NCBI GenBank assembly: GCA_034408725.1
Contig: JAWXCN010000200.1
Location: 2,871-66,870, forward strand
DNA: 64,000 nucleotides
Direction of reading: 5' to 3'
Origin: Candidatus Hydrogenedentota bacterium
GTDB taxonomy: Bacteria; Hydrogenedentota; Hydrogenedentia; Hydrogenedentales; SLHB01
This document shows positions 25,987-36,000 of this stretch, piece after piece. The notes under the pieces are model-generated. The model made no database searches and was not told the DNA's origin. It was given only the letters and a program-made list of their open reading frames with translations. How positions within the stretch are numbered: the first letter of the stretch is position 1; each line of letters opens with the position of its first letter. A program made the translations under genes and the position numbers.

Positions 25987-27738
25987 CTACATTTCGGAGC
26001 GATGATTTCCCACAACTTCGCTTACGCGCAACGCCCGATCATATACCCTTAGCGCGTTCAGGTTCGCGCCCGGGGCGTCTCCGATGGCCACACTGGGATT
26101 GCCATTGAAATCATTCCACCCTGGTTCGATGCGGTACCATCCCTGCGGCCGCGCGTCGCCACCGTCACACAACACACCGTCGACCACAAACATTACGATC
26201 CGCGGCCCGCCATCGATGATGATGCTTACGTTGTGGTCTTGTCCCGGTCGAAGCACGCCGGCGTCACTCTCGAACAGCGCCTCGTGTTCACCGTTGGACG
26301 CCGACCACTTAATCGCGCCCGCCGGCGTTGCTCTTATTGCCCACCCTTTACCTCCTGCATCGCGCGCGTCCAGCAATGCCACATCCTGAACAAGTGATTC
26401 GATAGCCGCGCGAAACTCCAGCGTAAAACCTGCGCCGGGACCATTCAACGGCAGCGGTGGCATATCTGCGCGGTCCCCAGGCGCACATGCATCGCCTGTG
26501 AGTTCAAGGTTTATTCCAACCCGCGTCAACACTGGCGCATCAAATTGTTTCCAAAGTCCTTCCAGAAGCGAAACTGGAATCTCATGCACCCGCGCCACCG
26601 TTTTCTGTGTTTCGGTGACGAAGTACCGGCCATCGTCTTCAATGAAATCGGGGTAGCTCATCCGCGTCTTCGGCTCTTCGTCAAACAGAAAAATTTCAGG
26701 TTGCGACCAATGAATTGCGCCATCGCGCTCGACCCCGCCGCATAACCACACCGGATTACGTCCGTCGTAAGTTTTACCGCCGTGATTGTGAAACCAATAC
26801 ACGTACTTTCCATTACTGAACCGGCGCACGAAATTCGCAGCGCGCGGATGTTTGATCGCGCGACCGCCCGGCGCATAGGTCATATAGGCGGGCGGTGTCC
26901 AAGTGCGGCCCTGGTCCCGGCTGTACGCGTGACACGGGTGGCCGTCGGTCGTGCGGTAGGTGCAGAACAGCGCGCCATCGGAAAGAAACGTAAAATTCTG
27001 TTCCTCCGCGATAGGGCCGATGGGCGCGCGCAATCCGATGTCGCCTTGGGGTAAAGTCTCCCAAGTTATCCGCTCAGGATCGCGTTCAGTCAGCACATTC
27101 CCGCTCACCAGCACAACACCCTCGGACTTCTCGATAAACCCCTTCCCAAAATTCCCCACCTTGGACAAGCCGACGTATACGCGGCCGTCATGAACAAGCG
27201 GCTTTGCCACGCTCCACATGAACCGCACCGAGCCGCCGTACACGTTCTCGCGATCAATCTGAAATTCCCGCACCGGGATTGGATACCGTTCCGCGCTCCA
27301 GGATTGCCCGCCATCGTCTGTGTACTTGAATACAAACTGCCCCAGCGTATCCACACGCTTCGTCTCGCCGCCGCTAGACAGTTTTACGCTGCGCATGTTG
27401 TCCGCGTTGTAATCGTAGAACGCGTACACGCGCCCGCCCGGCGTGAGCAACGGCGAAACCCACGACGCCTCCGGCGGGCCCACGGGTTCGATGTCCGTCA
27501 ACGGCCCCCAGGTTTTTCCCTGATCCTTGCTGCGCGTGGACACGACATGCTGCGCCGTCGCGCCCTCTTCGCCCTCGCCCGTCGTCATCGTACACAACCA
27601 CGTGCCATCGTCAAGCACTACGACATACGGCTGGTCGCAATACCCCTCATCGGGAATTACCGAAGCCCCGCGCACATCCCGGGTATCCTGGCCAGCCGCG
27701 GCCATGCACAACACCAAAAGTACGAATGCCCGTGCCAT
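25987..27738 (-). CDS. BNR/Asp-box sialidase-like glycoside hydrolase with C-terminal LamG-like lectin domain
   Basis: Asp-boxes SKDQGKTW, TDDGGQSW, SRDQGRTW. C-terminal concanavalin-like tail ending LRVYDRAL. The internal ATG at 27738 gives the signal MARAFVLLVLCMAAAG. Confidence 0.7.
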   Translation of the reverse strand: MARAFVLLVLCMAAAGQDTRDVRGASVIPDEGYCDQPYVVVLDDGTWLCTMTTGEGEEGATAQHVVSTRSKDQGKTWGPLTDIEPVGPPEASWVSPLLTPGGRVYAFYDYNADNMRSVKLSSGGETKRVDTLGQFVFKYTDDGGQSWSAERYPIPVREFQIDRENVYGGSVRFMWSVAKPLVHDGRVYVGLSKVGNFGKGFIEKSEGVVLVSGNVLTERDPERITWETLPQGDIGLRAPIGPIAEEQNFTFLSDGALFCTYRTTDGHPCHAYSRDQGRTWTPPAYMTYAPGGRAIKHPRAANFVRRFSNGKYVYWFHNHGGKTYDGRNPVWLCGGVERDGAIHWSQPEIFLFDEEPKTRMSYPDFIEDDGRYFVTETQKTVARVHEIPVSLLEGLWKQFDAPVLTRVGINLELTGDACAPGDRADMPPLPLNGPGAGFTLEFRAAIESLVQDVALLDARDAGGKGWAIRATPAGAIKWSASNGEHEALFESDAGVLRPGQDHNVSIIIDGGPRIVMFVVDGVLCDGGDARPQGWYRIEPGWNDFNGNPSVAIGDAPGANLNALRVYDRALRVSEVVGNHRSEM

Positions 27739-27925
27739 GTTTCGCCTCCATCCACTTCGGAAAGTTTTCGCCCACGGAAAGTGCTTTAAGCCGGCGAGTT
27801 GTAGTTTTTCTATCATACTTACTTCTGGCACGGAAGCTCCATCCATCTAAGCGTGTTAAAAGCGCCATGGGTTACAATACAGGCAAGCGAAAGTTTATGG
27901 TCGCGCAATTCAACAGGAATTAGAT

Positions 27926-28414
27926 ATGGTCGCGTTGCGAGCTTGCGTCTATGCCTCCACCTTTATTGGTTTTCTGCTAATTTACTTCCCATACGCCATC
28001 GGACAAACCGATCGCGGTTCTCTGGCGCTGGGTCCGCTCCGTTACGTGGCCATTCCACTCTTTGTCATCGGCGCAATTGTAGCGTTGCGATGCGTGTACG
28101 ATTTCATACGCATCGGACGTGGAACGCCGGCGCCCTTTGACCCGCCGCGCGCGTTGGTCGCGCAAGGCTGGTACCGCTGGGTCAGAAACCCGATGTATAT
28201 CGGTGGGCTGATGTTGCTGCTGGGTCACGTGGTCTGGTGGTCGTCGATTGGCACGGCTGTTTACACGGCGTTGTATTGCGTGGCCACGGCGTCGTTTGTG
28301 GTGTTCTATGAAGAACCGACGTTGAAGCGCAAATTCGGCGCTCCATACGAACGTTACATGCGGGAAGTCCCGCGATGGATTCCGCGCAGACCGCGCGACG
28401 GGGCTGTGCAATAG
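27926..28414 (+). CDS. Isoprenylcysteine carboxyl / phospholipid methyltransferase family membrane protein
   Basis: Multi-TM protein with GWYRWVRNPMYIGGLMLLLG, typical of the ICMT/PEMT family. Confidence 0.7.
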   Translation: MVALRACVYASTFIGFLLIYFPYAIGQTDRGSLALGPLRYVAIPLFVIGAIVALRCVYDFIRIGRGTPAPFDPPRALVAQGWYRWVRNPMYIGGLMLLLGHVVWWSSIGTAVYTALYCVATASFVVFYEEPTLKRKFGAPYERYMREVPRWIPRRPRDGAVQ

Positions 28415-28814
28415 AACTAACCATTAACTGCTGATGCAGCGCGTTAGGCTTATCCGGTCGTTTTACAGGGCAGGAGACCAGAATCGTATAGTCGTTATCT
28501 GGTCCACTCAGGGGGACAACAGGCTACGCGCAACCTGTTGCGTGCCGCACTTCGTCGACGCTTAGTGACTTCATGCCATGTACCGCCATGATCCAGCCGT
28601 TGAGTGCGTGTAATGTCTTCGCTGGGATGAGCATTTTGGCCCATCCTTTCCAGCATAGTCATTCATATCTTTTGAAAAAAGTGCCTCGATGCGCCTGGGT
28701 TCTGGTGCCTCATCGAGCGGTGTAAAAGTTACGTTGAAGCCGTGGAGTTTAGGGTTTATGATCGCGGCCACGATGCGAAGGGATCGCCGATGAGCTACAT
28801 CAAAAAGCCTAATT

Positions 28815-29114
28815 GTGAAACGAGACGATTGGAGAGTGACCGTGTATAACCTTCGGTCAATCGTAGGTGGAGTGATGTTGCTCGCTATAGCAGGCTGCGT
28901 AACCAATCAACCGTCCACAACTCTAGACTTGTCAATGTATACCACCGAGCAATTGCTGATTGAACGCGAGAGGTTAGTGGATCCTGGATTGGTGGCCATT
29001 CTCGAAATTGAAATAAGAAAGCGCCCGAATGCAGAGTTGTTTGTTATTGAACCAAAGGATTCGGGCGCAGAAGCGAACCGGCGGCAGGTGACGGCATGGA
29101 GCTTAAAATTATGA
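28815..29114 (+). CDS. Hypothetical small lipoprotein (low-GC islet)
   Basis: Lipobox VMLLAIAGC. No recognisable family. Start uncertain (alternative GTG codons). Confidence 0.4.
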   Translation: MKRDDWRVTVYNLRSIVGGVMLLAIAGCVTNQPSTTLDLSMYTTEQLLIERERLVDPGLVAILEIEIRKRPNAELFVIEPKDSGAEANRRQVTAWSLKL

Positions 29115-29320
29115 TCAAAATGTCGCGTCTGGAAATACTGGATTGTCTTTTTGCGGCATACGCTATGTTTTATTTTATTTTTGAAGTGTCTCGAGTTGTT
29201 CTCGGCTTTGCCATCTCAATGTTGAGTGTACTATTGGTCATGCCGCTGGTGCTATACATTGTCATTCGCTATCAAGGATTAATAATTGCCTCTATCCATG
29301 CTTCTAAGTGGTTTCGTTAA
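29096..29320 (+). CDS. Hypothetical 2-TM small membrane protein (low-GC islet)
   Basis: 74 aa with two hydrophobic helices. Overlaps the previous ORF by 19 nt. Confidence 0.35.
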   Translation: MELKIMIKMSRLEILDCLFAAYAMFYFIFEVSRVVLGFAISMLSVLLVMPLVLYIVIRYQGLIIASIHASKWFR

Positions 29321-29517
29321 ATGCCTTTGCCGATTCGATTATGGTGAACGTGCGCCGTGCCTGGTCCCATACTTAACCAGCACGACGTAACGATGCTGGC
29401 GCACCCGAACCCCGACATTGTGCGACTTTGGGTTTATTGAACGGGTCAGCGAGGCCGCGCCAGTGGCCGGCAATGACGTTTTTTGGGTGTTTGACCAGAA
29501 CGAAACGCTTGTCATGC

Positions 29518-29838
29518 ATGGAGCACTATGATCACGGAGCGTGCAGATTGAGTACGTTCGCCGAACATTTAAGAATGTTCATAATCTTTGGATGCGGCGG
29601 CTTGACCGCATTGGCTTTCGCACATTTTCACTGGCGAGCGCTCAACCAATCCACACCGCGAGAACCAAGGTATTTTGGAATTCCAATGTTCGTGGACGAG
29701 ATTGCGATTAAACCGGGCTGGCGCTGGTTGGCTATTTTTAGTTGTGTAGTTGGATATGCTCTAGCCGCTCTTTTTCTCGGATGCTTGGTATTGTATACAT
29801 TGGGGCTGATATTGTTGGCTGTGTTGCCGGAGGGATAG
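29518..29838 (+). CDS. Hypothetical membrane protein (low-GC islet)
   Basis: The internal ATG (MEHYDHG...) gives about 106 aa with three predicted TM helices. No family recognised. Confidence 0.4.
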   Translation: MEHYDHGACRLSTFAEHLRMFIIFGCGGLTALAFAHFHWRALNQSTPREPRYFGIPMFVDEIAIKPGWRWLAIFSCVVGYALAALFLGCLVLYTLGLILLAVLPEG

Positions 29839-30047
29839 TCGCTTGCGATTTCCGCAGCGCCCCACACCCCCAGCCTTTCAAGCCAAAGGAAGTGCGCGAT
29901 CTCTAAGAATAAGCTACGGGGCGCAACGCTGACACGGCGTGGTATGCATCGAGATTGCCAATGCTTTACCAAGGGCCATCACGTCCTCGCTTAGCTCACG
30001 ACAACCGGCGCGATGGTATATGCTGCCGGTTGTGGTAAAAGTTTTGT

Positions 30048-30212
30048 ATGAATAAGATTAAACTATCAGGCTTTGTGCTCGCCCTATTATTTGGCGCGTT
30101 TATGGTTGTATACGGCGGAATTGACGATAGCCCCGGCGGACAGTTGTTGGGACTACTGGCAGTCATTGCCGGAATTGTAGGGGTAATAAGGGGGATGAAG
30201 AAGAGATCGTAG
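30048..30212 (+). CDS. Hypothetical 54-aa 2-TM membrane peptide (below the ORF-track length cutoff)
   Basis: Translated by hand: MNKIKLSGFVLALLFGAFMVVYGGIDDSPGGQLLGLLAVIAGIVGVIRGMKKRS. Two hydrophobic helices and a basic tail. Confidence 0.3.
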   Translation: MNKIKLSGFVLALLFGAFMVVYGGIDDSPGGQLLGLLAVIAGIVGVIRGMKKRS

Positions 30213-30227
30213 TTGAGAGGCTCTATA

Positions 30228-31073
30228 TCATCCATCCTTGCCCGCATTTTCTTGCGAAGGCATAGAATCAAGTAGCATTTCCACGTCGGCCGGCGCGTAG
30301 CCGGAGTAGTGGCTATTGACGAATCCAAACACTGGTACGTGGACTTTTGATATTTCAGTAATAACCCGTGCCCATTCCTCGATATCGCTGCGTCGATCAA
30401 CAACGGTCTCGCCCCATGATTTCGTGATGCGTTCTATCGCGTAGCGGTCACCCAAAAGCCGAATATATGCAAACGGGCCAGTAAGTATGTCCGCGAACCG
30501 CATCAGTTCCTTGGGCCGGTACATGTACGGGTGGTCAATCAGCGCAAGCGTGACATTACTTTCCTTCAAGAGCCGGAAAAGGGGAGGCCCCAGCCACGTT
30601 TTGTTGCGCACTTCCACCGCGAATTGAAAACCAGATGCCGGAAGGCAGGCGAGAAACGGACCAAGCCTGTCCATGAACATTTGCGCGGAAACGTTTTTGG
30701 CCTTGGCAAAATAGGGGAACTGAAAGAGGATGGGTCCGAGGTGGTCGCCCAGATGCTGCATCGCCGCGAGAAACTCGTTGATGTCCTTTTCGCAGTCAAT
30801 AAGAAACTTCGCATGGGTAATAGTTTGCGGGGCCTTGGCGGCAAACAGGAAACCTTCCGATGCGCGATCGCGCCAGCCCTGTATCGTTTCGATCCGGGGG
30901 ATGCCGTAGAAGGTCGAGTCGATCTCGACGGCGTTAAACCGTTTGGCGTATTCGCGTATGAATTCAGTGGGTTCTTTCGTGGTGTAGACCTTGCCGATCC
31001 ACTCGCGATAGCTCCAACTGCATGTGCCCAGGCGAATCGGGGCCACCACCTTAGAATCCATCATAAACATCAC
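30228..31073 (-). CDS. DUF72 (YecE-like) family protein
   Basis: GTCSWSYREW, FNAVEIDSTFYGIP and FAVEVRNKTW are typical DUF72 blocks. Confidence 0.8.
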   Translation of the reverse strand: MMFMMDSKVVAPIRLGTCSWSYREWIGKVYTTKEPTEFIREYAKRFNAVEIDSTFYGIPRIETIQGWRDRASEGFLFAAKAPQTITHAKFLIDCEKDINEFLAAMQHLGDHLGPILFQFPYFAKAKNVSAQMFMDRLGPFLACLPASGFQFAVEVRNKTWLGPPLFRLLKESNVTLALIDHPYMYRPKELMRFADILTGPFAYIRLLGDRYAIERITKSWGETVVDRRSDIEEWARVITEISKVHVPVFGFVNSHYSGYAPADVEMLLDSMPSQENAGKDG

Positions 31074-31267
31074 CTAATTACGCAATTAAGATCCGGCTGT
31101 TCCACGCGCTGCATTGTTCGATACAATCGCGTTTGCCTTCAACGAGTCACTTAATTCGTCACCAACCACAACGGTTTCTATCGGGTTACAGCGGAGAAAA
31201 ACCCTCAATCCTTCCAATCCCGCCAACCAACGATCTGCACAAAACCGCTGATATTATTGGCTAAAAG

Positions 31268-31339
31268 TGCCCCGAGCCAGAATCGAACTGGCGTCTAATC
31301 CTTAGGAGGGACTTGTTCTATCCACTGAACTATCGGGGC
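31268..31339 (-). tRNA. tRNA-Arg (anticodon CCU)
   Basis: Folded by hand from the reverse complement. Acceptor stem GCCCCGA/TCGGGGC. D arm GTTC-AGTGGATA-GAAC. Anticodon arm AGTCC-CTCCTAA-GGATT. T arm GCCAG-TTCGATT-CTGGC. Discriminator A. CCA is not encoded. Confidence 0.85.
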
Positions 31340-31508
31340 AAGGAAATACGATGAGGACTTTGTGCCCATGCCATTGGCGCGGATAGAAAGATTATGTGAA
31401 TTCGTTGATTTGTTCAACCTGGCTGGCGCGTGGCGATATTGGCGGTTCTCGCGCGCGACGCGTTACACTGTTTCTTCTCCAAGCGTAAATGAATTGCGAG
31501 GGTAGACC

Positions 31509-32825
31509 ATGCTTAACAAATCAACCAGCCGCCGCCAATTTTTGAAGCGGACGGCGGTCACCGCGCCGCTGATCCTGTCTGCAAAAACATGGGCTTCGCC
31601 TCCGAGCGAGCGCCTCACAATTGGAGTCGTCGGCATTGGCAAGATGGGCGGCAACCACTGCGACTACCTTCAGGGGCGGGATGATGTGCAGATTGTGGCG
31701 TTGTGCGATGTCGAATCGAGGCGATTCGAGGTTGGCCGATATCTCATCGACGAGGCTTATGCATCACGTATCGGCAAAGGCAAATATGCATCGGTCGAGA
31801 AATACGGAGATTTCCGCGCAATTGCCGAGCGCAATGACATCGATGCAGTGCTCATCGCCGTGCCTGACCATTGGCACTTGCTTGTCTCTCTCGCGATGGT
31901 GCGCTCGGGCAAGGATGTTTACTGCGAGAAGCCCCTCACGCTTACGATTGGAGAAGGCCGGATTCTGGTGAATGAAGTCCGTAAGCGGGCGCGCGTGTTT
32001 CAAACGGGTAGCCAACAGCGATCCGAGGGTGGATTCCGGATCGCGTGCGAGTTGGTGCGCAATGGAAAGATCGGAGAAGTAAAAGAGATACACGTCAGCG
32101 TGGGTGGTCCGTCGGAGGAATGTTATCTTCCGCCCATGCCTGCGCCGGAAGGGTTGGATTGGGATTTCTGGCTTGGTCCCGCGCCCTATCGTCCGTATAA
32201 CAGCGAGTTCGCACCTTCGTTACAGCCGGGGCCAATTGGATCTTGGGAGGATTTTAACCGGCTGATCGGTGGCTATCCCAATTTTCGTGGCTACAAGGAT
32301 TACTCCGGCGGCGGCATGACGGACTGGGGCGCGCACCATTTTGATATCGCGCAATGGGGCCTGGGAATGGACGAATCGGGCCCGGTCGAAATTGCGCCGC
32401 CCAACGGCAGCGACGTGCCGCATCTGACGTACCGGTACGCCAATGGTGTCATCATGCAACGCCGCGACGCGGGTAAAGCAGGGGTACTGTTCATCGGGAC
32501 CGAGGGCAAGATCATGGTCAATCGCGGGTATCTCGACGCGGAACCCGCCGGCCTTCTCCGCGAACAACTTCGCCCGGGCGATATTCGCCTTCATAATAGC
32601 CGCGGCCATCACGAAGACTGGTTTGACGCCATACGCACGCGCAGCAAACCGATCTGCGACGTCGAAATCGGACATCGATCCTGCACCGTATGCCACGTAG
32701 GCAATATCGCCTCCTGGCTCAACCGGCCCGTGAAATGGGACCCGCAAAGCGAATGTTTCATCAATGACGACGAAGCCAACCGGTTGATCAACCGTCCCAT
32801 GCGCGCGCCGTGGACGCTGGCGTAG
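31509..32825 (+). CDS. Gfo/Idh/MocA family oxidoreductase with TAT signal
   Basis: Twin-arginine signal SRRQFLKRTAV. Rossmann GVVGIGKMGGNH. Motif EKPLTLTIGEG. Confidence 0.85.
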   Translation: MLNKSTSRRQFLKRTAVTAPLILSAKTWASPPSERLTIGVVGIGKMGGNHCDYLQGRDDVQIVALCDVESRRFEVGRYLIDEAYASRIGKGKYASVEKYGDFRAIAERNDIDAVLIAVPDHWHLLVSLAMVRSGKDVYCEKPLTLTIGEGRILVNEVRKRARVFQTGSQQRSEGGFRIACELVRNGKIGEVKEIHVSVGGPSEECYLPPMPAPEGLDWDFWLGPAPYRPYNSEFAPSLQPGPIGSWEDFNRLIGGYPNFRGYKDYSGGGMTDWGAHHFDIAQWGLGMDESGPVEIAPPNGSDVPHLTYRYANGVIMQRRDAGKAGVLFIGTEGKIMVNRGYLDAEPAGLLREQLRPGDIRLHNSRGHHEDWFDAIRTRSKPICDVEIGHRSCTVCHVGNIASWLNRPVKWDPQSECFINDDEANRLINRPMRAPWTLA

Positions 32826-32854
32826 AGACACAATTCCCAGCCCTGCCCCTCGCG

Positions 32855-33036
32855 CTAGTGTCCTGAGTTTGAGATTCGTTCGATATGAAGTTTGGAAATC
32901 AGACCGTACATCCCCCTAAATCCCTCTTCAAAGGGGGACTTTGAAGATCAGATTATGAAATGCGCTTCAAAGGGGGACTTTGAAGATCCGATTATGCGTG
33001 TGGCTTTTGCCAAGGAATTGCGATTCATTACACTAG
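32855..33036. mobile_element. MITE-like repeat, copy 1 (182 bp, carries a 39-bp internal tandem duplication)
   Basis: The first ~100 bp are near-identical (1 mismatch) to 37216-37315. Termini CTAGTGT...ACACTAG are inverted. Duplication units lie at 32926-32964 and 32965-33003. Confidence 0.6.
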
Positions 33037-33061
33037 TTGCGCGCTGTGCATTGCGCCTTGG

Positions 33062-36000
33062 ATGTTAGACATGAAATCGACTTACATACCGCTTTGGTGC
33101 AAGAGCGCGTATTCGTTCCTGGAAGGTGCGAGTCATCCCGATGAGTTGATCGAGGAGGCGCACCGATTCGGGATTCGCTCGATTGCGTTGACGGATCGGG
33201 ACGGCGTGTACGGCCTTGTGCGGGCGCACAAGCGCGCGCTTGAGCTTGGGGTGCATCTGATTGCGGGATCGGAGATCACGCTCTTCGACGATTCTTCGCT
33301 GGTGTTGCTTGCGGCGGACCGGGGGGGGTACGCGAACCTTTGCCGGCTGATCTCTAAGGGGCGATTGCGTTCACCGAAGGGGATGAGCCAGGTCAGTGTT
33401 GAAGAAGTCTGCGAACATGCGCAGGGGCTGGTCGCGGTGTGGGGCGGGGAACGCTGCGCGTTGGCCCGCGAAGCGGATCCTGCGTTCATGGCGGGGGCGT
33501 TACGCGATGCGTTTGGCGAACGAATGTATGCGCTGCTTACGCGGCACCGTCAGACCGGCGACGCGCGGATGGAACAGCGCGTGCGCGAGCGCGCGCAACG
33601 TCACGGGATCGATCTCGTGGCGGGAATGGAAGTGCTGTACCACACGCCGGCGCGGCGATCGTTGCAGGACGTACTGACGTGCATTCGCCATGGTGTAACG
33701 CTTTCCACCGCCGGTCGGATGATCCGGCCGAATGCGGAACATGCGCTGCGTCCTCCCCACGGTTTTGGAATGCTGTACGAAGATGATCCAGGTGCGGTAA
33801 TGCGCACGGAGGAAGTGGCGGAGCGCTGCACGTTTTCGCTCGCGGAAATCCGGTATCGGTATCCGATGGAACGGTTGCCGGACGGGAGGACCTGCGGGGA
33901 ATGGTTTCGCACGCTGACGATGGACGGCGCGCGCGAACGGTATGCGGGTGATATCCCGGAGGACGTGCGAAGACAGATCGACAAAGAACTCGCGCTGATT
34001 CACGACCTCGAGTACGAGGGCTATTTTCTGACGATGCACGAGATCGTACGGTATTGCCGGCATCACGATATTTTGTGTCAGGGACGGGGATCGGCGGCGA
34101 ATTCGGTGGTGTGCTATTGCCTTGGGATCACCGCGGTGGATCCAGTGCGAATGGGGTTGTTGTTCGAGCGGTTTTTGTCGCGCGAGCGCGCGGAACCGCC
34201 GGACATTGATCTTGATATTGAACACGACCGGCGCGAAGAGGTCATCCAACATGTTTATACAAAATATGGGCGCACGCACGCGGCAATGGTCGCGAATTTT
34301 ATCCGGTATCGCGCGCGGTCGGCGGTGCGCGACGTTGCGAAGGTGTTGGGCATTCCTGAGACCGCCATTGAACGGATTGCGCGGGTGCTGTCGCACCACG
34401 AATTTCCTTCGGCGGACATGCTTGCGGATTCCGGTGTTCCCGCTGACAGCCCTGCATTGCAGAACCTGCTTCGGTTGATGCGGGAGATAGAAGACATTCC
34501 GCGGCATTTATCCATCCATCCGGGAGGATTTTTGCTCGGACATGAACCGGTTCACGATCTCGTGCCGATTGAGAATGCGACGATGCCGGACCGCACGGTG
34601 ATTCAGTGGGACAAGGAAGACGTGGAAGAGCTGGGATTGTTCAAGGTGGACCTTCTCGGGCTCGGCGCGTTGAACGTGGTTCATCGTTCGTTTGATTTGA
34701 TTGAGAAGCATTGCGAGAAGCCGTTCACGCTTGCGACGGTGCCCGCGGAAGATCCCGCGACATACGAAATGATTCGGGAAGGCGATACGGTCGGTGTGTT
34801 TCAAATTGAGAGCCGGGCGCAGATGGCGATGCTGCCGCGATTGAGACCGGCGAATTATTATGATCTCGTGATCGAGGTCAGCATCGTGCGGCCTGGGCCG
34901 ATCACCGGCGGGATGGTTCATCCGTATCTGCGACGGCGAAATGGTGAAGAGGAGGTTACGTATCCGCATCCCTGCCTCGAACCCATCCTGAAAAAAACGC
35001 TGGGGATTCCGTTGTTTCAGGAGCAGGTGATGCAGCTTGCGATTGTCGCGGCGGATTACACACCAGGCGAGGCAGATCAGCTTCGGCGGGACATGGCGGC
35101 GTGGCGCAAATCGGGGCGGATCGAGCGGCATCGCGAACGGCTGATTGCGCGCATGGCGAAGAAAGGCATTCAAAAAGAATTCGCTGAACGCGTGTTCGAA
35201 CAGATTCGCGGGTTTGGCGAATATGGATTTCCGGAGAGTCATGCGGCGAGTTTTGCGTTGATCGCGTACGCGACGGCTTGGTTGAAGCGGCATTATCCCG
35301 CGGCGTTTTTATGCGGCCTTCTGAACGCGCAACCGATGGGGTTCTATAGCGCGGCCACGCTGGTGGAAGACAGCAAACGCCACGGCGTCGGTATTCGCGC
35401 GGTGGACATGCAGCGTAGCGCGTGGGATTGCACGCTAGAAGCGGATGCGGGCAGCGGCGAAGGTTTCGCCGTTCGGATGGGATTGCGGTATGTGAAAGGC
35501 TTGCACGAGGCCTGCGCGCAACGCATCGCCGCCGCGCGGGAGGCGGGGGCGTTTCAGTCGTTGGACGATCTTGCGGCGCGGGCACGGATCGAAACGGCCG
35601 TGATGGTGCGGTTGGCGGAGAGTGGCGCGCTGGAATCGTTTCAAGAGGAACGGCGCGGCGCGTTGTGGGAAGCCTTGGGTATTGCGCATGGTCCGCGCGG
35701 CGGTTTGAGCCTCGATCGCCCCGAGGCCGCGGCGGAATTTTCCGCGCTGCCCGCGCTGGACACCATCGAATGGGATTACGCGTTCACGTCGCATAGCCCG
35801 CGTGGTCATCCACTCGCGCCATTGCGCGAAGAACTATCGAGGCGCAAGTTGCCGGATGCGGCGGCGGTGCGGGGCATGCCCAACGGCTCGCGTGTGCGGT
35901 ACGCGGGTTTGGTGACCTGCCGGCAACGGCCGGGGACCGCGAAAGGCGTCGTGTTCATGACACTCGAGGACGAGACCGGGTTTGTAAATATCGTCGTTTG

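Noticed and set aside
28477-28485. 9-nt match (ccagaatcg) to the 3' part of tRNA-Arg(CCU) (31277-31285) as a possible attachment-site remnant delimiting an island from 28.5 to 31.3 kb
   Set aside because: The match is too short to exclude chance given the number of positions inspected. No integrase is present, and the DUF72 gene inside the putative island has host-like composition.
28571-28906. 111-aa minus-strand ORF at the left edge of the low-GC islet
   Set aside because: Overlaps the start of the lipoprotein ORF and has no recognisable family. I tried alternative frames looking for a frameshifted toxin or integrase remnant and found nothing convincing. It is left unannotated but flagged within the islet finding.
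32826-33061. LexA/SOS box upstream of dnaE2
   Set aside because: I searched by eye for CTG-N10-CAG or the imuA palindrome and found none. The region is occupied by the MITE-like repeat.
33500-34507. 335-aa minus-strand ORF (also 34508-35293 and 34956-35585)
   Set aside because: Antisense to dnaE2. Arg/His/Pro-rich shadow ORFs.
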